From: an uncultured Gemmatimonadaceae bacterium | Lineage (GTDB): Bacteria; Gemmatimonadota; Gemmatimonadetes; Gemmatimonadales; Gemmatimonadaceae | Direction: 5' to 3' | DNA length: 64,000 bases | Assembly: GCA_963740355.1 (NCBI GenBank) | Contig: CAVUDW010000003.1 | Location: forward strand, 1,312,001-1,376,000 | In this document: in pieces, positions 21,114-32,280 of the stretch | Position numbering within the stretch: position 1 is the stretch's first letter | Layout: each line of letters starts with the position of its first letter | Translations under genes and position numbers: made by a program | The notes under the pieces: generated by a model | Database searches by the model: none | The model's input: the letters and a program-made list of their open reading frames with translations, nothing else | Told to the model about the DNA's origin: nothing

Positions 21114-23198
21114 ATGTCATCTCAGTTTGTGTGGCGCCGGGTACTGACCGCGCTCGCGCTCGTCGCGACCGCGCCGTTGGGTGCCCAGCAGTGGCTGCAC
21201 CCCGATACCATCGGCCGGACCAACCAGTCGATGTTCCGCGTCCTCGATCAGTGGCCCGCGCCGAACGAGACGCGCGGCGCCAATGGGCGCCCGGGATCGA
21301 AGTACTGGCAGCAGCGCGTGGACTACGTCATCCGGGTCGCCCTCGACACGACCACCCATACGGTCACAGGCTCGGAGCGGGTCACCTATCACAACAATGC
21401 GCCGGACGCGCTCGGGTACCTCTGGTTCCAGATGGACCAGAACATCGACAACCCGAATGTCAGCGAAGCGATGATCGGTGCACCCGCGCTGCCGAAGAAC
21501 ATCACGCCGCGCGCGCTCGAGTTCATCAACGCCCGACTCGACACCAAGGGCTACGCCATCACGCGTGTGCAGCTGGTGTCGAAGAACGGCCAGAAGACCG
21601 ACGTGAAGTACGTGCTGCAGGGCACGCAGATGAAGGTGCCACTCACCACACCACTGGCGACCGGCGCAACGCAGGATGTGGAGATCGACTGGAGCTACGT
21701 CATGCCCGAGTCGTTCGCGAGCCGCAACGGTCGTGGCGCACGTGAACACCTGAAGGATGGCTGGGAGTATCTCGCAGCGCAGTGGTTCCCGCGTTCGGCG
21801 GTGTACGACGACGTGGTCGGCTGGCAGAACGACCAGTTCTTCGGCCAGGGCGAGTTCTACCTCAACTTCGGCAACTACGACGTCAGCATCACGGTGCCGC
21901 ACAACCACATCGTGCAGGCCACCGGTGTGCTGCAGAATCCGAACGAGGTCCTGACCGCGACGCAGCGTGAGCGCCTCGCGAAGGCGTTCACGTCGGAGCA
22001 GCAGGTGTTCATCATCACCAAGGATGAAGCCAACACCCCCGCCGCTCGCCCCGCTGGCACGCAAGCACTGACCTGGCGCTTCAAGGCCGAGAACGTGCGC
22101 GACTTCTCCTGGGCCTCGTCGCCCGGCTTCATCTGGGACGCCGCTGGTTTCCGCTACACCGCGACGTCGAAGCCGATCGAGATGCACTCGCTCTATCCGC
22201 GCGAGGCGCTCGGTGTCTGGGATTCGCTCAGCACCAAGGCCATTGCGCAGACCATGCGCACCTACGGCCGCATGTCGTTCGAGTATCCGTACCCGAAGGC
22301 CAGCAACATTCACGGCATCGTGGGCGGCATGGAATACCCGATGATCGCGTTCTGTGGCGCACGGCCGCCAGCGAATGCGAACGCGGTGACGCTGAAGAAC
22401 GTCGGCTACAGCCTCGTGTCGGTCACGATCCACGAAGTCGGGCACAACTGGTTCCCGATGATCGTCGCCAGTGACGAACGGAAGTGGACCTGGATGGACG
22501 AAGGGTTGAACAGCTTCCTCGAAGGCCTCGGCGAGATCGAGTTCGACGCCGCCTGGCCGAAGGCGCGCCTGCCGATGATCGCGAACAACATCGTTGGCTA
22601 CATGAAGAATCCGGATCAGGTGCCGTTGATGACCGAGTCGGATCTCATCCACCGCGGATTCGGGCCGAACGGCTACACCAAGCCAGCGTCTGGCTTGTAC
22701 ATGCTTCGCGAGCAGGTGCTTGGCCCGGCCAACTTCGATGCCTCGTTCCGTGAGTATTCGCAGGCCTGGATGTTCAAGCATCCGCAGCCGGCCGACTTCT
22801 TCCGCATGATGATGCAGGCCAGCGGTGACAACCTGAACTGGTTCTGGCGCGGCTGGTTCTACAGCACCCACGCCAACGATCAGTCACTCGGTACGGTCGA
22901 AGCGCAGAATGCCGACTCACTGGGCATGGGCGCACGCGGTCGCTTCTACAATCGTGTCACGCTCGAGAACAAGGGTGGGCTCGTGATGCCGGTCATCGTG
23001 GAGTTCACCTACACCGACGGCAGCAAGGAACGGGTGAAGCTGCCTGTCTCCATCTGGCGTAACAACGAGAAGAAGTTCGAGTACGGCCGCTTCTCGCAGA
23101 AGGAAGTGCAGTCGGTGGAGCTCGACCCCGACAACGTGTTCGCCGATATCAATCGCGAGAACAACAAGTGGTCGAAGCCGGCCGCAGCCATCCCGTGA
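21114..23198 (+). CDS. M1 family zinc aminopeptidase, exported
   Basis: GGMEYP, HEVGHNWF...WMDEGLN (HExxH-18-E), YWQQRVDY. Confidence 0.93.
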   Translation: MSSQFVWRRVLTALALVATAPLGAQQWLHPDTIGRTNQSMFRVLDQWPAPNETRGANGRPGSKYWQQRVDYVIRVALDTTTHTVTGSERVTYHNNAPDALGYLWFQMDQNIDNPNVSEAMIGAPALPKNITPRALEFINARLDTKGYAITRVQLVSKNGQKTDVKYVLQGTQMKVPLTTPLATGATQDVEIDWSYVMPESFASRNGRGAREHLKDGWEYLAAQWFPRSAVYDDVVGWQNDQFFGQGEFYLNFGNYDVSITVPHNHIVQATGVLQNPNEVLTATQRERLAKAFTSEQQVFIITKDEANTPAARPAGTQALTWRFKAENVRDFSWASSPGFIWDAAGFRYTATSKPIEMHSLYPREALGVWDSLSTKAIAQTMRTYGRMSFEYPYPKASNIHGIVGGMEYPMIAFCGARPPANANAVTLKNVGYSLVSVTIHEVGHNWFPMIVASDERKWTWMDEGLNSFLEGLGEIEFDAAWPKARLPMIANNIVGYMKNPDQVPLMTESDLIHRGFGPNGYTKPASGLYMLREQVLGPANFDASFREYSQAWMFKHPQPADFFRMMMQASGDNLNWFWRGWFYSTHANDQSLGTVEAQNADSLGMGARGRFYNRVTLENKGGLVMPVIVEFTYTDGSKERVKLPVSIWRNNEKKFEYGRFSQKEVQSVELDPDNVFADINRENNKWSKPAAAIP

Positions 23199-23722
23199 TG
23201 ACTGGCTGGCTGCATGCGGTATTGCTTGCGGGGGCGGTGTTCACGGCCGCCCCCGTCAGCACCGCCGTTCGTCCGAACGCGGAGGCGACGCACGACTTCC
23301 ATGTCTCGTACACCCGCATGGCGGTCGAGCCGACGGTGATTTCCGCGCAGATCCGCGTGTTCAGCGATGACATCACGCAGGCGTTGATCGAACGCTCCAA
23401 GGCCACCTCGATCACGCTCGGGTCACCGCAGGCGGAAGCGGCGTTCGGGGCGTATCTGGCCGAGCACTTTCCTGTGACCGTGAATGGCCGTCGGCTGGTA
23501 CCGGTCGTCGCCAGCGGCTCGCAGGACAGCCAGATGTGGTCGTACATCGTGACCTGGACTTCGCCGGTGCCCATCACGTCGGTGACGATGCACAACGCCA
23601 CGATGATGGAACTGTTCGGCGACCAGCAGAACATCGTGAAGATCAAGCACCTCGCCAGCGGCAAGGAAGCCACGCTGTTCTATTCCGGCGGATCGAAGGC
23701 CGATCAGGTGTTCAGGTTCTAA
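23198..23722 (+). CDS. DUF6702-like exported protein
   Basis: HDFHVSYT..IRVFSDD..ELFGDQQNIV. Coupled to the M1 peptidase gene. Confidence 0.75.
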   Translation: MTGWLHAVLLAGAVFTAAPVSTAVRPNAEATHDFHVSYTRMAVEPTVISAQIRVFSDDITQALIERSKATSITLGSPQAEAAFGAYLAEHFPVTVNGRRLVPVVASGSQDSQMWSYIVTWTSPVPITSVTMHNATMMELFGDQQNIVKIKHLASGKEATLFYSGGSKADQVFRF

Positions 23723-23744
23723 GCACTGGCGCGAGGCTGTGACG

Positions 23745-23787
23745 AAGCGGGGGACACCAGGCGAACTGCCACCGTGTCCCCCGCTTT
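23745..23787 (+). terminator. Hairpin after the peptidase operon
   Basis: AAGCGGGGGACAC ... GTGTCCCCCGCTT(T). Confidence 0.55.
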
Positions 23788-23827
23788 CGCTTCCGGAATA
23801 GGCAGCTCTGGGGCAGGCAGCGCCGTA

Positions 23828-23865
23828 CTCACACTTCTCTTACATCGCCTCGCCAAAGCCTTACA
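23828..23865 (+). promoter_or_regulatory. Candidate KdpE binding site
   Basis: CTCACA-cttct-CTTACA (11-bp period) with another CTTACA at 23860. Same layout as the E. coli TTTATA-N5-TTTACA box. Confidence 0.55.
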
Positions 23866-23923
23866 CCACCCGAACGGCATGGCCGGTAGCCTGAAGGAGG
23901 TTCTTCTTCCTTCGGAGTTGCAG

Positions 23924-24004
23924 ATGGATTTCGTCGCATTGCTGGTGGCCGCCGTACTGGTGGCCCTGTCGCTTGGCCTCATTCGCGCGCTCGAGCGCCG
24001 GTGA
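23924..24004 (+). CDS. 26-aa hydrophobic peptide upstream of kdpF
   Basis: GGAG RBS, MDFVALLVAAVLVALSLGLIRALERR. Confidence 0.65.
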   Translation: MDFVALLVAAVLVALSLGLIRALERR

Positions 24005-24011
24005 CCCGACC

Positions 24012-24104
24012 ATGACAGCCTTTGACCTCGTGGCCGCGGTCGTCGTGATCGCGTTGCTCGGATATCTCGTGTTCGCGCTGCTGGCGCCGGAGCGTCTCGG
24101 ATGA
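24012..24104 (+). CDS. kdpF: K+-transporting ATPase subunit F
   Basis: [30 protein letters not shown] (YLxxALxxPE motif). The stop overlaps the kdpA start. Confidence 0.88.
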   Translation: MTAFDLVAAVVVIALLGYLVFALLAPERLG

Positions 24105-25834
24105 CCGCTTCTGCCTGGCTCCAGACGGCCCTCTTCTTCGGCGTCGTGCTCCTGCTCGCCCGACCGCTCGGTGCCTACATGGCCCGCGTCTACAGCGGCG
24201 ACGCCACGATCCTCTCGCGACTCCTCGGCCCAGTCGAGCGCGGCATGTATCGCGTGATGGGTGTGGATGCGAGCGCAGAATTTGGCTGGGCACGATACGC
24301 CCGCCAGCTGATCGCCTTCAGCGCCGCCAGTGTCGTCGTGGTGTACGCCGTCCAGCGTCTTCAGGGCCTGCTCCCCGTGAACCCTGTGGGCCTTGGCCCT
24401 GTCGAGCCAACGCTGGCCCTGAACACTGCGGTCAGCTTTTCCACCAACACCAACTGGCAGGCGTACGGCGGCGAATCGACGCTGTCCTACTTCACGCAGA
24501 TGCTGGCGCTCGGCACGCAGAACTTCGTGTCGGCAGCGGCGGGTATGGCCGTGCTGGTGGCCCTCATCCGTGCCTTCACACGCACCGAGCAGAAGTCCAT
24601 CGGCAACTTCTGGGTGGATCTCACACGCGGCACGCTCTACATCCTGCTGCCGCTGTCGCTGCTGCTCGGTGTCGCGCTCACGTCGCAGGGTGTGGTGCAG
24701 ACCTTCAACGCACCAGCAACGGCCCAGCTGATCGAACCGCAGAGCGATTCCGTGACGACGCAGGTGATCCCGCTTGGGCCGGCCGCGAGTCAGGTCGCGA
24801 TCAAGCAGCTCGGTACCAATGGCGGCGGATTCTACAACGTCAACAGCGCTCACCCACTCGAGAATCCGACACCGGTCTCGAACTTCCTCGAGCTGATTGC
24901 GATCATCCTCATTCCGGGTGCGCTCTGCTGCACCTTCGGTGCGATGGTGAAGGACACACGCCAGGGTTGGGCGATCCTCGCTGCGATGGCGATCATCCTC
25001 GTGCCGCTGAGCATCGGCACCGTGATGGCCGAGCAGGCAGGAACGCCGCTCTTGTCACATGCCGGTGCCGCAGTCGGCGCCAGTGACATGCAGGCGGGCG
25101 GCAACATGGAAGGCAAAGAAGTGCGCTTCGGCATCGTCAACAGCGCGCTCTGGGCGACGGCCACGACCGCGGTATCGAACGGTTCCGTCAACTCGATGCA
25201 TGACTCGTTCACACCACTCGGCGGATTGGCGCCAACCTGGTTGATGCAGCTCGGCGAGATCGTGTTCGGCGGCGTCGGCAGCGGGCTCTATGGCATGCTG
25301 GTCTTCGCACTGATCACGGTCTTCATCGCCGGATTGATGGTCGGACGCACACCGGAGTACCTCGGCAAGAAGATCGAGGCGTTCGAGATGAAGATGGCGG
25401 CACTGGTCATCCTGCTGCCGTCGGCGGCTGTGCTGCTCGGCACCGCGTTGGCTGTCGCGACGCAGGCCGGCCGCTCGGGTATCCTCAATCCGGGGCCGCA
25501 CGGCTTCACAGAGATCCTCTACGCGCTCTCATCCACCAGCAACAACAATGGCAGCGCGTTCGGTGCCTTGGGCACGAATACGACCTTCTACAACATCCTG
25601 CTTTCGATCGTGATGTGGATCGGCCGCTTCGGCGTCGCGATTCCCGTGCTGGCAATCGCTGGCAGCCTGGCGGCGAAGAAGCGCGTGCCAAGCGGCGCGG
25701 GCACCTTGCCGACACATACTCCACTCTTCACTGCCCTGTTGATCGGCACCGTGTTGCTGGTTGGTGCCCTGACGTTCCTGCCGGCGCTCGCGCTTGGCCC
25801 GATCGTCGAACAGTTGCAGGCGGCGGGACACTGA
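24101..25834 (+). CDS. kdpA: K+-transporting ATPase subunit A
   Basis: [46 protein letters not shown]. Confidence 0.97.
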   Translation: MTASAWLQTALFFGVVLLLARPLGAYMARVYSGDATILSRLLGPVERGMYRVMGVDASAEFGWARYARQLIAFSAASVVVVYAVQRLQGLLPVNPVGLGPVEPTLALNTAVSFSTNTNWQAYGGESTLSYFTQMLALGTQNFVSAAAGMAVLVALIRAFTRTEQKSIGNFWVDLTRGTLYILLPLSLLLGVALTSQGVVQTFNAPATAQLIEPQSDSVTTQVIPLGPAASQVAIKQLGTNGGGFYNVNSAHPLENPTPVSNFLELIAIILIPGALCCTFGAMVKDTRQGWAILAAMAIILVPLSIGTVMAEQAGTPLLSHAGAAVGASDMQAGGNMEGKEVRFGIVNSALWATATTAVSNGSVNSMHDSFTPLGGLAPTWLMQLGEIVFGGVGSGLYGMLVFALITVFIAGLMVGRTPEYLGKKIEAFEMKMAALVILLPSAAVLLGTALAVATQAGRSGILNPGPHGFTEILYALSSTSNNNGSAFGALGTNTTFYNILLSIVMWIGRFGVAIPVLAIAGSLAAKKRVPSGAGTLPTHTPLFTALLIGTVLLVGALTFLPALALGPIVEQLQAAGH

Positions 25835-25835
25835 G

Positions 25836-27911
25836 ATGACAACCGACAAGACTGGCACAGGCCTGATTGGCAGCGGACAGTTGAAGACCGCACTGATCGA
25901 GAGCCTCCGCAAGCTGAATCCGAAGGCGCAGGTCCGGAACCCGGTGATGTTCGTGGTCTTCATCGGCAGCATCGCCACTACCATCCTCGGTGTGTTGTCA
26001 TCCACCGGTCGCGACTCGGAAGGATCACCAGCGTTCGTGTGGGCCATTGCCGCCTGGCTCTGGTTCACCGTGATCTTCGCCAATCTCGCGGAAGCGCTGG
26101 CTGAGGGGCGAGGCAAGGCACAGGCTGACGCATTGAAGGCCACGCGTCGCGATGTGATGGCGCGCAAGCTGGAAGATCCGAAGGCGCACCTGGTGATCGA
26201 GACCGTCAGCGCCGCATCGCTGCGGAAGGGGGACTTCGTCTACGTAGTCGCCGGCGACGTGATCCCGGGCGATGGCGAGATCATCGAAGGCATCGCGAGT
26301 GTCGACGAAAGCGCAGTGACTGGCGAAAGTGCGCCGGTGATTCGCGAAGCGGGCGGCGATCGCAGCGCGGTGACCGGTGGCACCCGTGTGCTCTCCGACT
26401 GGATCGTGGTACGCATCGCCGCCAACCCGGGCGAGTCGTTCCTCGATCGCATGATCGGGCTCATCGAGGCGGCGCATCGCCAGAAGACCCCGAATGAAAT
26501 CGCGCTCGCGATCCTGCTGGCGGCGTTGACGATCGTCTTCCTGCTGGTCTGCGCAACACTGCTGCCCTACTCCCGGTTCAGTGTTGCGGCCGCGGGTATC
26601 GGCACGCCCGTGACGCTCACCGTGCTGGTGGCGCTGCTGGTCTGCCTCATCCCGACCACCATCGGCGGATTGCTGTCGGCGATCGGCATTGCCGGCATGG
26701 ATCGGATGCTGCGGCAGAACGTGTTGGCAACGTCAGGCCGCGCAGTGGAAGCGGCGGGTGATGTGGACGTCTTGATGCTGGACAAGACCGGCACCATCAC
26801 GCTCGGCAATCGCCAGGCGTCGCGATTCATCCCGGCCAACGGCGTCTCCGCTCGGGACCTGGCTGAGGCGGCGCAACTGGCCAGCCTGGCCGACGAAACG
26901 CCGGAGGGGCGCAGTATCGTGGTGCTGGCGAAGGAAGAACATGGCTTTCGCGAACACTCGTTCGCCGTCGGCGAGGCGACCTTCGTGCCATTCACGGCAG
27001 AGACGCGCATGAGTGGTGTGGACTTCGGCACGCGCTCGATTCGGAAAGGGGCGTCGGATTCGATCGAGCGACTGGTGACGTCCGTCGGCGGCGGCATGCC
27101 GCAGGATGTCATCAACGCGGTGACGGAAGTGGCGCGCGCCGGCAGCACTCCGCTGGTGGTGGCTGAGGGTTCGAGAGTGCTCGGCGTCATCCAGCTGAAG
27201 GACATCGTGAAGGGCGGCATCAAGGAGCGCTTCGGCGAGTTGCGGCGCATGGGGATCAAGACCGTGATGATCACCGGCGACAACCCGCTCACTGCGGCCG
27301 CGATCGCGGCTGAAGCGGGCGTGGACGACTTCCTTGCCGAAGCCACGCCGGAAGCGAAGCTGAAGCTGATTCGCGAGTACCAGAGCGGCGGTCGCCTGGT
27401 GGCGATGACGGGCGATGGCACCAACGATGCTCCCGCGTTGGCGCAGGCGGATGTGGCGGTCGCGATGAATTCCGGCACACAGGCCGCCAAGGAAGCCGGC
27501 AACATGGTGGACCTCGACTCCAACCCGACGAAGCTGATCGAGATCGTCGAGACGGGGAAGCAGATGTTGATGACGCGCGGTTCACTCACGACCTTCAGCC
27601 TCGCCAACGATGTGGCGAAGTACTTCGCGATCATCCCGGCGGCCTTCGCCACCACCTATCCCGCGCTCAATCGGCTGAACGTGATGGGCCTGGCCACACC
27701 GCAGAGCGCCGTGCTTTCGGCCGTGATCTTCAACGCACTGATCATCGTGGCCCTGATCCCGCTGGCACTGAAGGGTGTGGCATATCGCCCCCTCGGTGCC
27801 GCCGCGATCCTGCGCCGCAATCTGCTCGTGTACGGACTCGGTGGACTGGTGGCGCCGTTCGCCGGCATCTGGCTGATCGACCGCGCGCTGGTCGCGCTGC
27901 ATCTCACCTGA
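25836..27911 (+). CDS. kdpB: K+-transporting ATPase subunit B
   Basis: [27 protein letters not shown]. Confidence 0.97.
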   Translation: MTTDKTGTGLIGSGQLKTALIESLRKLNPKAQVRNPVMFVVFIGSIATTILGVLSSTGRDSEGSPAFVWAIAAWLWFTVIFANLAEALAEGRGKAQADALKATRRDVMARKLEDPKAHLVIETVSAASLRKGDFVYVVAGDVIPGDGEIIEGIASVDESAVTGESAPVIREAGGDRSAVTGGTRVLSDWIVVRIAANPGESFLDRMIGLIEAAHRQKTPNEIALAILLAALTIVFLLVCATLLPYSRFSVAAAGIGTPVTLTVLVALLVCLIPTTIGGLLSAIGIAGMDRMLRQNVLATSGRAVEAAGDVDVLMLDKTGTITLGNRQASRFIPANGVSARDLAEAAQLASLADETPEGRSIVVLAKEEHGFREHSFAVGEATFVPFTAETRMSGVDFGTRSIRKGASDSIERLVTSVGGGMPQDVINAVTEVARAGSTPLVVAEGSRVLGVIQLKDIVKGGIKERFGELRRMGIKTVMITGDNPLTAAAIAAEAGVDDFLAEATPEAKLKLIREYQSGGRLVAMTGDGTNDAPALAQADVAVAMNSGTQAAKEAGNMVDLDSNPTKLIEIVETGKQMLMTRGSLTTFSLANDVAKYFAIIPAAFATTYPALNRLNVMGLATPQSAVLSAVIFNALIIVALIPLALKGVAYRPLGAAAILRRNLLVYGLGGLVAPFAGIWLIDRALVALHLT

Positions 27912-27923
27912 GGCACGAACTCC

Positions 27924-28505
27924 ATGCAATCAGATATTCGCGCAGCCTGTGTTGCGCTCGGACTGTTCACCGTCGTCACTGGTGTGGCCTATCCACTGGT
28001 GGTGACCGGTATCGGCGCCGTCGCCTTCGCATCGGAGGCGCGTGGTTCGTTGATCGATGTCGGCGGAACCACACGTGGTTCGGCGCTCGTGGGACAATCG
28101 TTCACGAAGCCGGGCTATCTCTGGGGCCGCCCGTCGGCCATTGGGATTCCGTACGACGCGAGGTCGAGCAGCGGGTCGAACCTTGGGCCGACCAATCCGA
28201 AGCTCGACACACTCGTGCGCGAACGGATCGCCGCATTGCGCGCCGCTGACGCGACAGGAAGCGCAACAGTCCCCGTCGAATTGGTGACGTCGTCAGCCAG
28301 CGGACTCGATCCGCACCTGTCACCAGCGGCGGCGCTGTATCAGGTACGTCGTATCGCGACCGCACGCGGCCTCGATAGCGCGGCTGTCGCTCGCGTCGTG
28401 ACCGCACAAATCGAACCACGCACCTTCGGCATCCTTGGCGAACCACGGGTCAATGTCCTCCGTGTGAATCTCGCGCTCGATTCCCTCACCGCATCACGTC
28501 CATGA
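27924..28505 (+). CDS. kdpC: K+-transporting ATPase subunit C
   Basis: GSALVGQSF, SSGSNLGPTN, SASGLDPH, GEPRVNVL. Confidence 0.96.
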   Translation: MQSDIRAACVALGLFTVVTGVAYPLVVTGIGAVAFASEARGSLIDVGGTTRGSALVGQSFTKPGYLWGRPSAIGIPYDARSSSGSNLGPTNPKLDTLVRERIAALRAADATGSATVPVELVTSSASGLDPHLSPAAALYQVRRIATARGLDSAAVARVVTAQIEPRTFGILGEPRVNVLRVNLALDSLTASRP

Positions 28506-29588
28506 GAGTTTTCAGCTTCGGCATCATTTCCCTCGTCGCCGCATCGGCTGTCGCATCCAGTGCCGCCGCACAGGCCAGCGACACGACGACGAAGGTTCGC
28601 CTCAACGGCTTCGTCGACACCTACTACGCCTATGATTTCACCCGCCCCTGCGGATGGCGAGCGCCGTTTCACGACGCAGCCCGTCCGGCACGACGAAGCG
28701 AACGTGAACCTCGCCTGGCTTGGTGTGACCGTCGAGCGTCAGCGGGTGCGTGCGCGCGTGGCACTGCAGGCCGGCACCTCTGTGCAGTCGAACTACGCTG
28801 GTGAACCGCGCAATGGCGCGACCAGCGGACCGGATGTGTCGCGCTTCATTCAGGAAGCCGTCGTCGGCGTCAAGCTATCGGACAATCTGTGGGTCGATGG
28901 TGGCATCTACTACAGCTACATTGGGCTCGAAAGCTGGTCGTCGTCGGACAATCCGACCTACACGCGGTCGCTGGTGGCCGACTACACGCCCTACTATCTC
29001 TCGGGGGCGAAGCTGACCTGGCAAGCCACCCCGAAACTGACCGCGCAGTTGCACCTCACCAACGGCTGGCAGAACATCTCGGAGAACAATCGCAGCAAGG
29101 CTGTCGGTGCGCGGCTCGACTACGCCGTCTCGCCGGCATTGACGGTGTCATACGCGAACTTTTTCGGCAATGAGCGTCCGTCCGGCGCACGCAACGTACT
29201 GCGATCGTTCAATCAGGTGATGGCGAAGGGGACGTTGGCATCGGGAACGCAGTGGCAGGGTCAGGCCGATGTCGGCAAGCAGGGCGACAGCGACTGGTAC
29301 GGATTGGTCGCAATCCTCCGCCAGCCCATCACGCCACGCGTCGCACTCATCGGTCGTGTCGAACGCTACTCTGATCCCGACCAGGTGATCATTGGAACGG
29401 GCGAAGCACCAGGTTTCGTAGGCAATGGCGGATCAGTAGGCATCGATGTGCTGATCGACGCCGGCGTGCGCTGGCGCTCGGAGCTGCGCAGTATCCGCAC
29501 CACAGCGCCGCTCTATCCAGAGGGTGTCACGGAGCGACTGGTTCGCAACAACAACACGCTGGTCACGTCACTGAGCCTCGTTTTCTGA
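28502..29588 (+). pseudogene. Kdp-associated outer-membrane porin-like gene split by one extra base (true lesion or assembly error)
   Basis: Signal peptide plus GFVDTYYAYDFTRP in one frame, continuing as ADGERRFTTQP..PYYLSG..NGWQNI..SLSLVF in the +1 frame. The switch is at CCCC 28645-28648. Confidence 0.8.
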
Positions 29589-29592
29589 TCGC

Positions 29593-32280
29593 ATGACACA
29601 ACCCGACGGGCGGCCTGATCCAGACGAACTCCTCGAGCGTGTGCGCGAGGAGCAGGCCCCCCGTACGCGTGGTCGCTTCAAGCTGTTCTTCGGCGCTGCA
29701 CCCGGCGTCGGCAAGACGTTCACCATGCTGGAGGCAGCTGCTGCGCGTCGGAATGAAGGCGTCGACGTCGTCATCGGCATCGTCGAGACGCATGGTCGCA
29801 AGGATACGCTGAAGCTGACCGAGGGCTTCGAGGAGATTCCTCGCCGCACGGTGGAGCACCGCGGCACACACATCGAGGAGTTCGACATCGATGCCGCGTT
29901 GCTCCGCCGGCCGGCCCTGTTGCTGGTGGACGAGCTGGCACACACCAACGCACCCGGCAGCCGTCATGCGAAGCGGTGGCAGGATGTGGATGAGCTGCTC
30001 GACGCTGGGCTGGATGTCTACAGCACGCTCAATGTGCAGCATGTCGAAAGCCTGAACGACGTCATCGCCCAGATCACCGGGATCACGGTCCGCGAGACGG
30101 TGCCTGACACCGTGATGGCCGAGGCCGACGAGATCGAGTTGGTGGACGTCTCGCCCGAGGTGCTGATCGAACGGTTGCGCGACGGCAAGGTGTACGTCCC
30201 CGAGCAGGCGGCGCGCGCGCTGGACCGATTCTTCCGCAAGGGAAACCTGCTCGCACTGCGCGAACTCGCCTTGCGTCAGACGGCCAACCGCGTCGATGCC
30301 GACATGCGCGGCTGGATGAAGCGCAGCGGCATTCGCGACACATGGGCCGCCACCGACCGTGTGCTGGTCTGCATCGGGCGAGGCGATCGCGAGGATCGGC
30401 TGGTGCGTCGCGGCAAGCGACTGGCCGAGGCGCTCGATGCGGAGTGGATCGCGCTCAGTGTCGAACCGGTGGTGGCCGGCGGTTACAGCGACGATGACCG
30501 GGCCACGGTTGCCGAGCATCTGCGCCTCGCCGAGAGCCTCGGCGCGCGGGCGGTCACGCTGATGGGAGATCGCACTGCGGACGCGATCGCGAGTTTCGTC
30601 GAGGCGAACAACGTCACCCGCATCGTCGTCGGGCAGCCGCGGGTGAGTGCGATATCGTGGCGGCCGTGGCGCCGTCAATCGATGCTCGACGCCCTCGTGC
30701 AACGCGTCGAGAATGTCGATGTGCTGGTGGTCTCCGGTGACGCGGATGCCGACGGTGCTGCGACGTCGAGACGTCGAGCGCCGGCGCCACCAGCGGTCGG
30801 CTACGCGTGGGCTGCAGGGATCGTCGCGGCGGTGACTGCGATTGGCCTCGCGCTTCGGTCGAGTGTCAGCACCACCGACATCGCGATGTTGTACATCCTC
30901 GGTATCGCGATCGTCGGAAGTCGAGCGCGGTATCGGCCGGCACTGCTGGCGTCGGTGATGGCGATTGCGGCGTTCGACCTCTGCTTCGTGCCACCGTTCT
31001 ACACCTTCGCCGTGAGTGACGGCAACTACGTGTTGACGTTCGCCATGATGCTGATCGTGGCTGTCCTGGTCAGCCGGCTCACCAGCACACTCCGGGCGCA
31101 GGCCGACGCCGCGCAGTCGCGTGAGAGTCGGACCGCCGCCGCGTACGCACTCTCGGCAGATCTCAGTGCGGCAAAGGAACCAGCCGAGATCACGGGCGCC
31201 CTCGAGCGGCACAGCGCGTCGGTTGTCCCGGGGACGGCCAAGGTCACCATCCGCGATCTCGAAGGTGTCTTTCACTCCGACGACGGCGTGGAACGCTGGG
31301 CATACGAACATCGACAGATGGCCGGACTCGGCACACAGACCCTGCCGGCCAGCGCTGCGCTTTACTTGCCGCTGGTGGCGTCGGAAACCTCACTCGGTGT
31401 GTTGCGCATCGCGCCGACTGACGCGCGTGACGTGGCTGACCCCGTACGACGGCAGCTGCTGGAGTCGTTCGCGTCGCAGGCCGCGATTGCGCTGGAGCGG
31501 GTGGTGCTGGCTGCCGGCACACAACAGGCGCGCGTCGAGGTGGAGGCCGAACGCCTCCGCACCTCGCTGCTCAGCTCACTCTCGCATGACCTGCGCACAC
31601 CACTTGGTGCCATCGAGGGCGCCGCCAGCAGCCTGGTTGATAGTGGCGATGCGCTCACCAAGGAATCGCGGCGTGACCTGGCGCAGGCGATCGTCGAAGA
31701 ATCACGGCGCATGACCCGCATGGTCGGCAACCTCCTCGACATGATTCGTGTCGAGACGGGTGCACTCTCGGTGCATCAGGAATGGCAGCCGCTCGAAGAG
31801 GTGGTGAGCGTGGCGTTGCTACGCATGGACGAACGCCTGACCGGTCGCGTCGTGCATGTCGACCTGCCGCTGACACTGCCACTGGTGCGCATCGATGGCA
31901 TCCTGATCGAGCAGGTGCTGATCAACCTGCTCGAGAATGCGATCAAGTATTCGCCCGCCGGCTCGCCGATCGATCTCTCGGCCACCGCCACGCGTGACGA
32001 TGTGATCATCTCGGTCGCGGATCGTGGCATGGGGATTCCCCCAGGCCAGGAGCAGATGATCTTCGACAAGTTCCATCGCGTCGATCACTCCGCCGCCACG
32101 CCGGGTGTTGGCCTTGGCCTCACGATCTGTCGCGGCATCGTGCTCGCACATGGTGGTCGGATCTGGGCCGAGCAGCGTTCAGGCGGTGGCACCGTGGTAC
32201 GCGTGGCGTTGCCAGCCGGCGAGCCGCCGGAGCACATTTCGCAGATGATCGACGAGCTGCCTGACAGCGACATCGCGTGA
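29593..32280 (+). CDS. kdpD: Sensor histidine kinase KdpD
   Basis: GAAPGVGKT, VDELAHTN, USP domain, 4 TM helices, SHDLRTPL, GVGLGL. Confidence 0.96.
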   Translation: MTQPDGRPDPDELLERVREEQAPRTRGRFKLFFGAAPGVGKTFTMLEAAAARRNEGVDVVIGIVETHGRKDTLKLTEGFEEIPRRTVEHRGTHIEEFDIDAALLRRPALLLVDELAHTNAPGSRHAKRWQDVDELLDAGLDVYSTLNVQHVESLNDVIAQITGITVRETVPDTVMAEADEIELVDVSPEVLIERLRDGKVYVPEQAARALDRFFRKGNLLALRELALRQTANRVDADMRGWMKRSGIRDTWAATDRVLVCIGRGDREDRLVRRGKRLAEALDAEWIALSVEPVVAGGYSDDDRATVAEHLRLAESLGARAVTLMGDRTADAIASFVEANNVTRIVVGQPRVSAISWRPWRRQSMLDALVQRVENVDVLVVSGDADADGAATSRRRAPAPPAVGYAWAAGIVAAVTAIGLALRSSVSTTDIAMLYILGIAIVGSRARYRPALLASVMAIAAFDLCFVPPFYTFAVSDGNYVLTFAMMLIVAVLVSRLTSTLRAQADAAQSRESRTAAAYALSADLSAAKEPAEITGALERHSASVVPGTAKVTIRDLEGVFHSDDGVERWAYEHRQMAGLGTQTLPASAALYLPLVASETSLGVLRIAPTDARDVADPVRRQLLESFASQAAIALERVVLAAGTQQARVEVEAERLRTSLLSSLSHDLRTPLGAIEGAASSLVDSGDALTKESRRDLAQAIVEESRRMTRMVGNLLDMIRVETGALSVHQEWQPLEEVVSVALLRMDERLTGRVVHVDLPLTLPLVRIDGILIEQVLINLLENAIKYSPAGSPIDLSATATRDDVIISVADRGMGIPPGQEQMIFDKFHRVDHSAATPGVGLGLTICRGIVLAHGGRIWAEQRSGGGTVVRVALPAGEPPEHISQMIDELPDSDIA

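Noticed and set aside
29563..31311. Long antisense ORFs (also 21117-22871, 53659-55098 and others)
   Set aside because: Shadow frames of well-supported genes in high-GC DNA.
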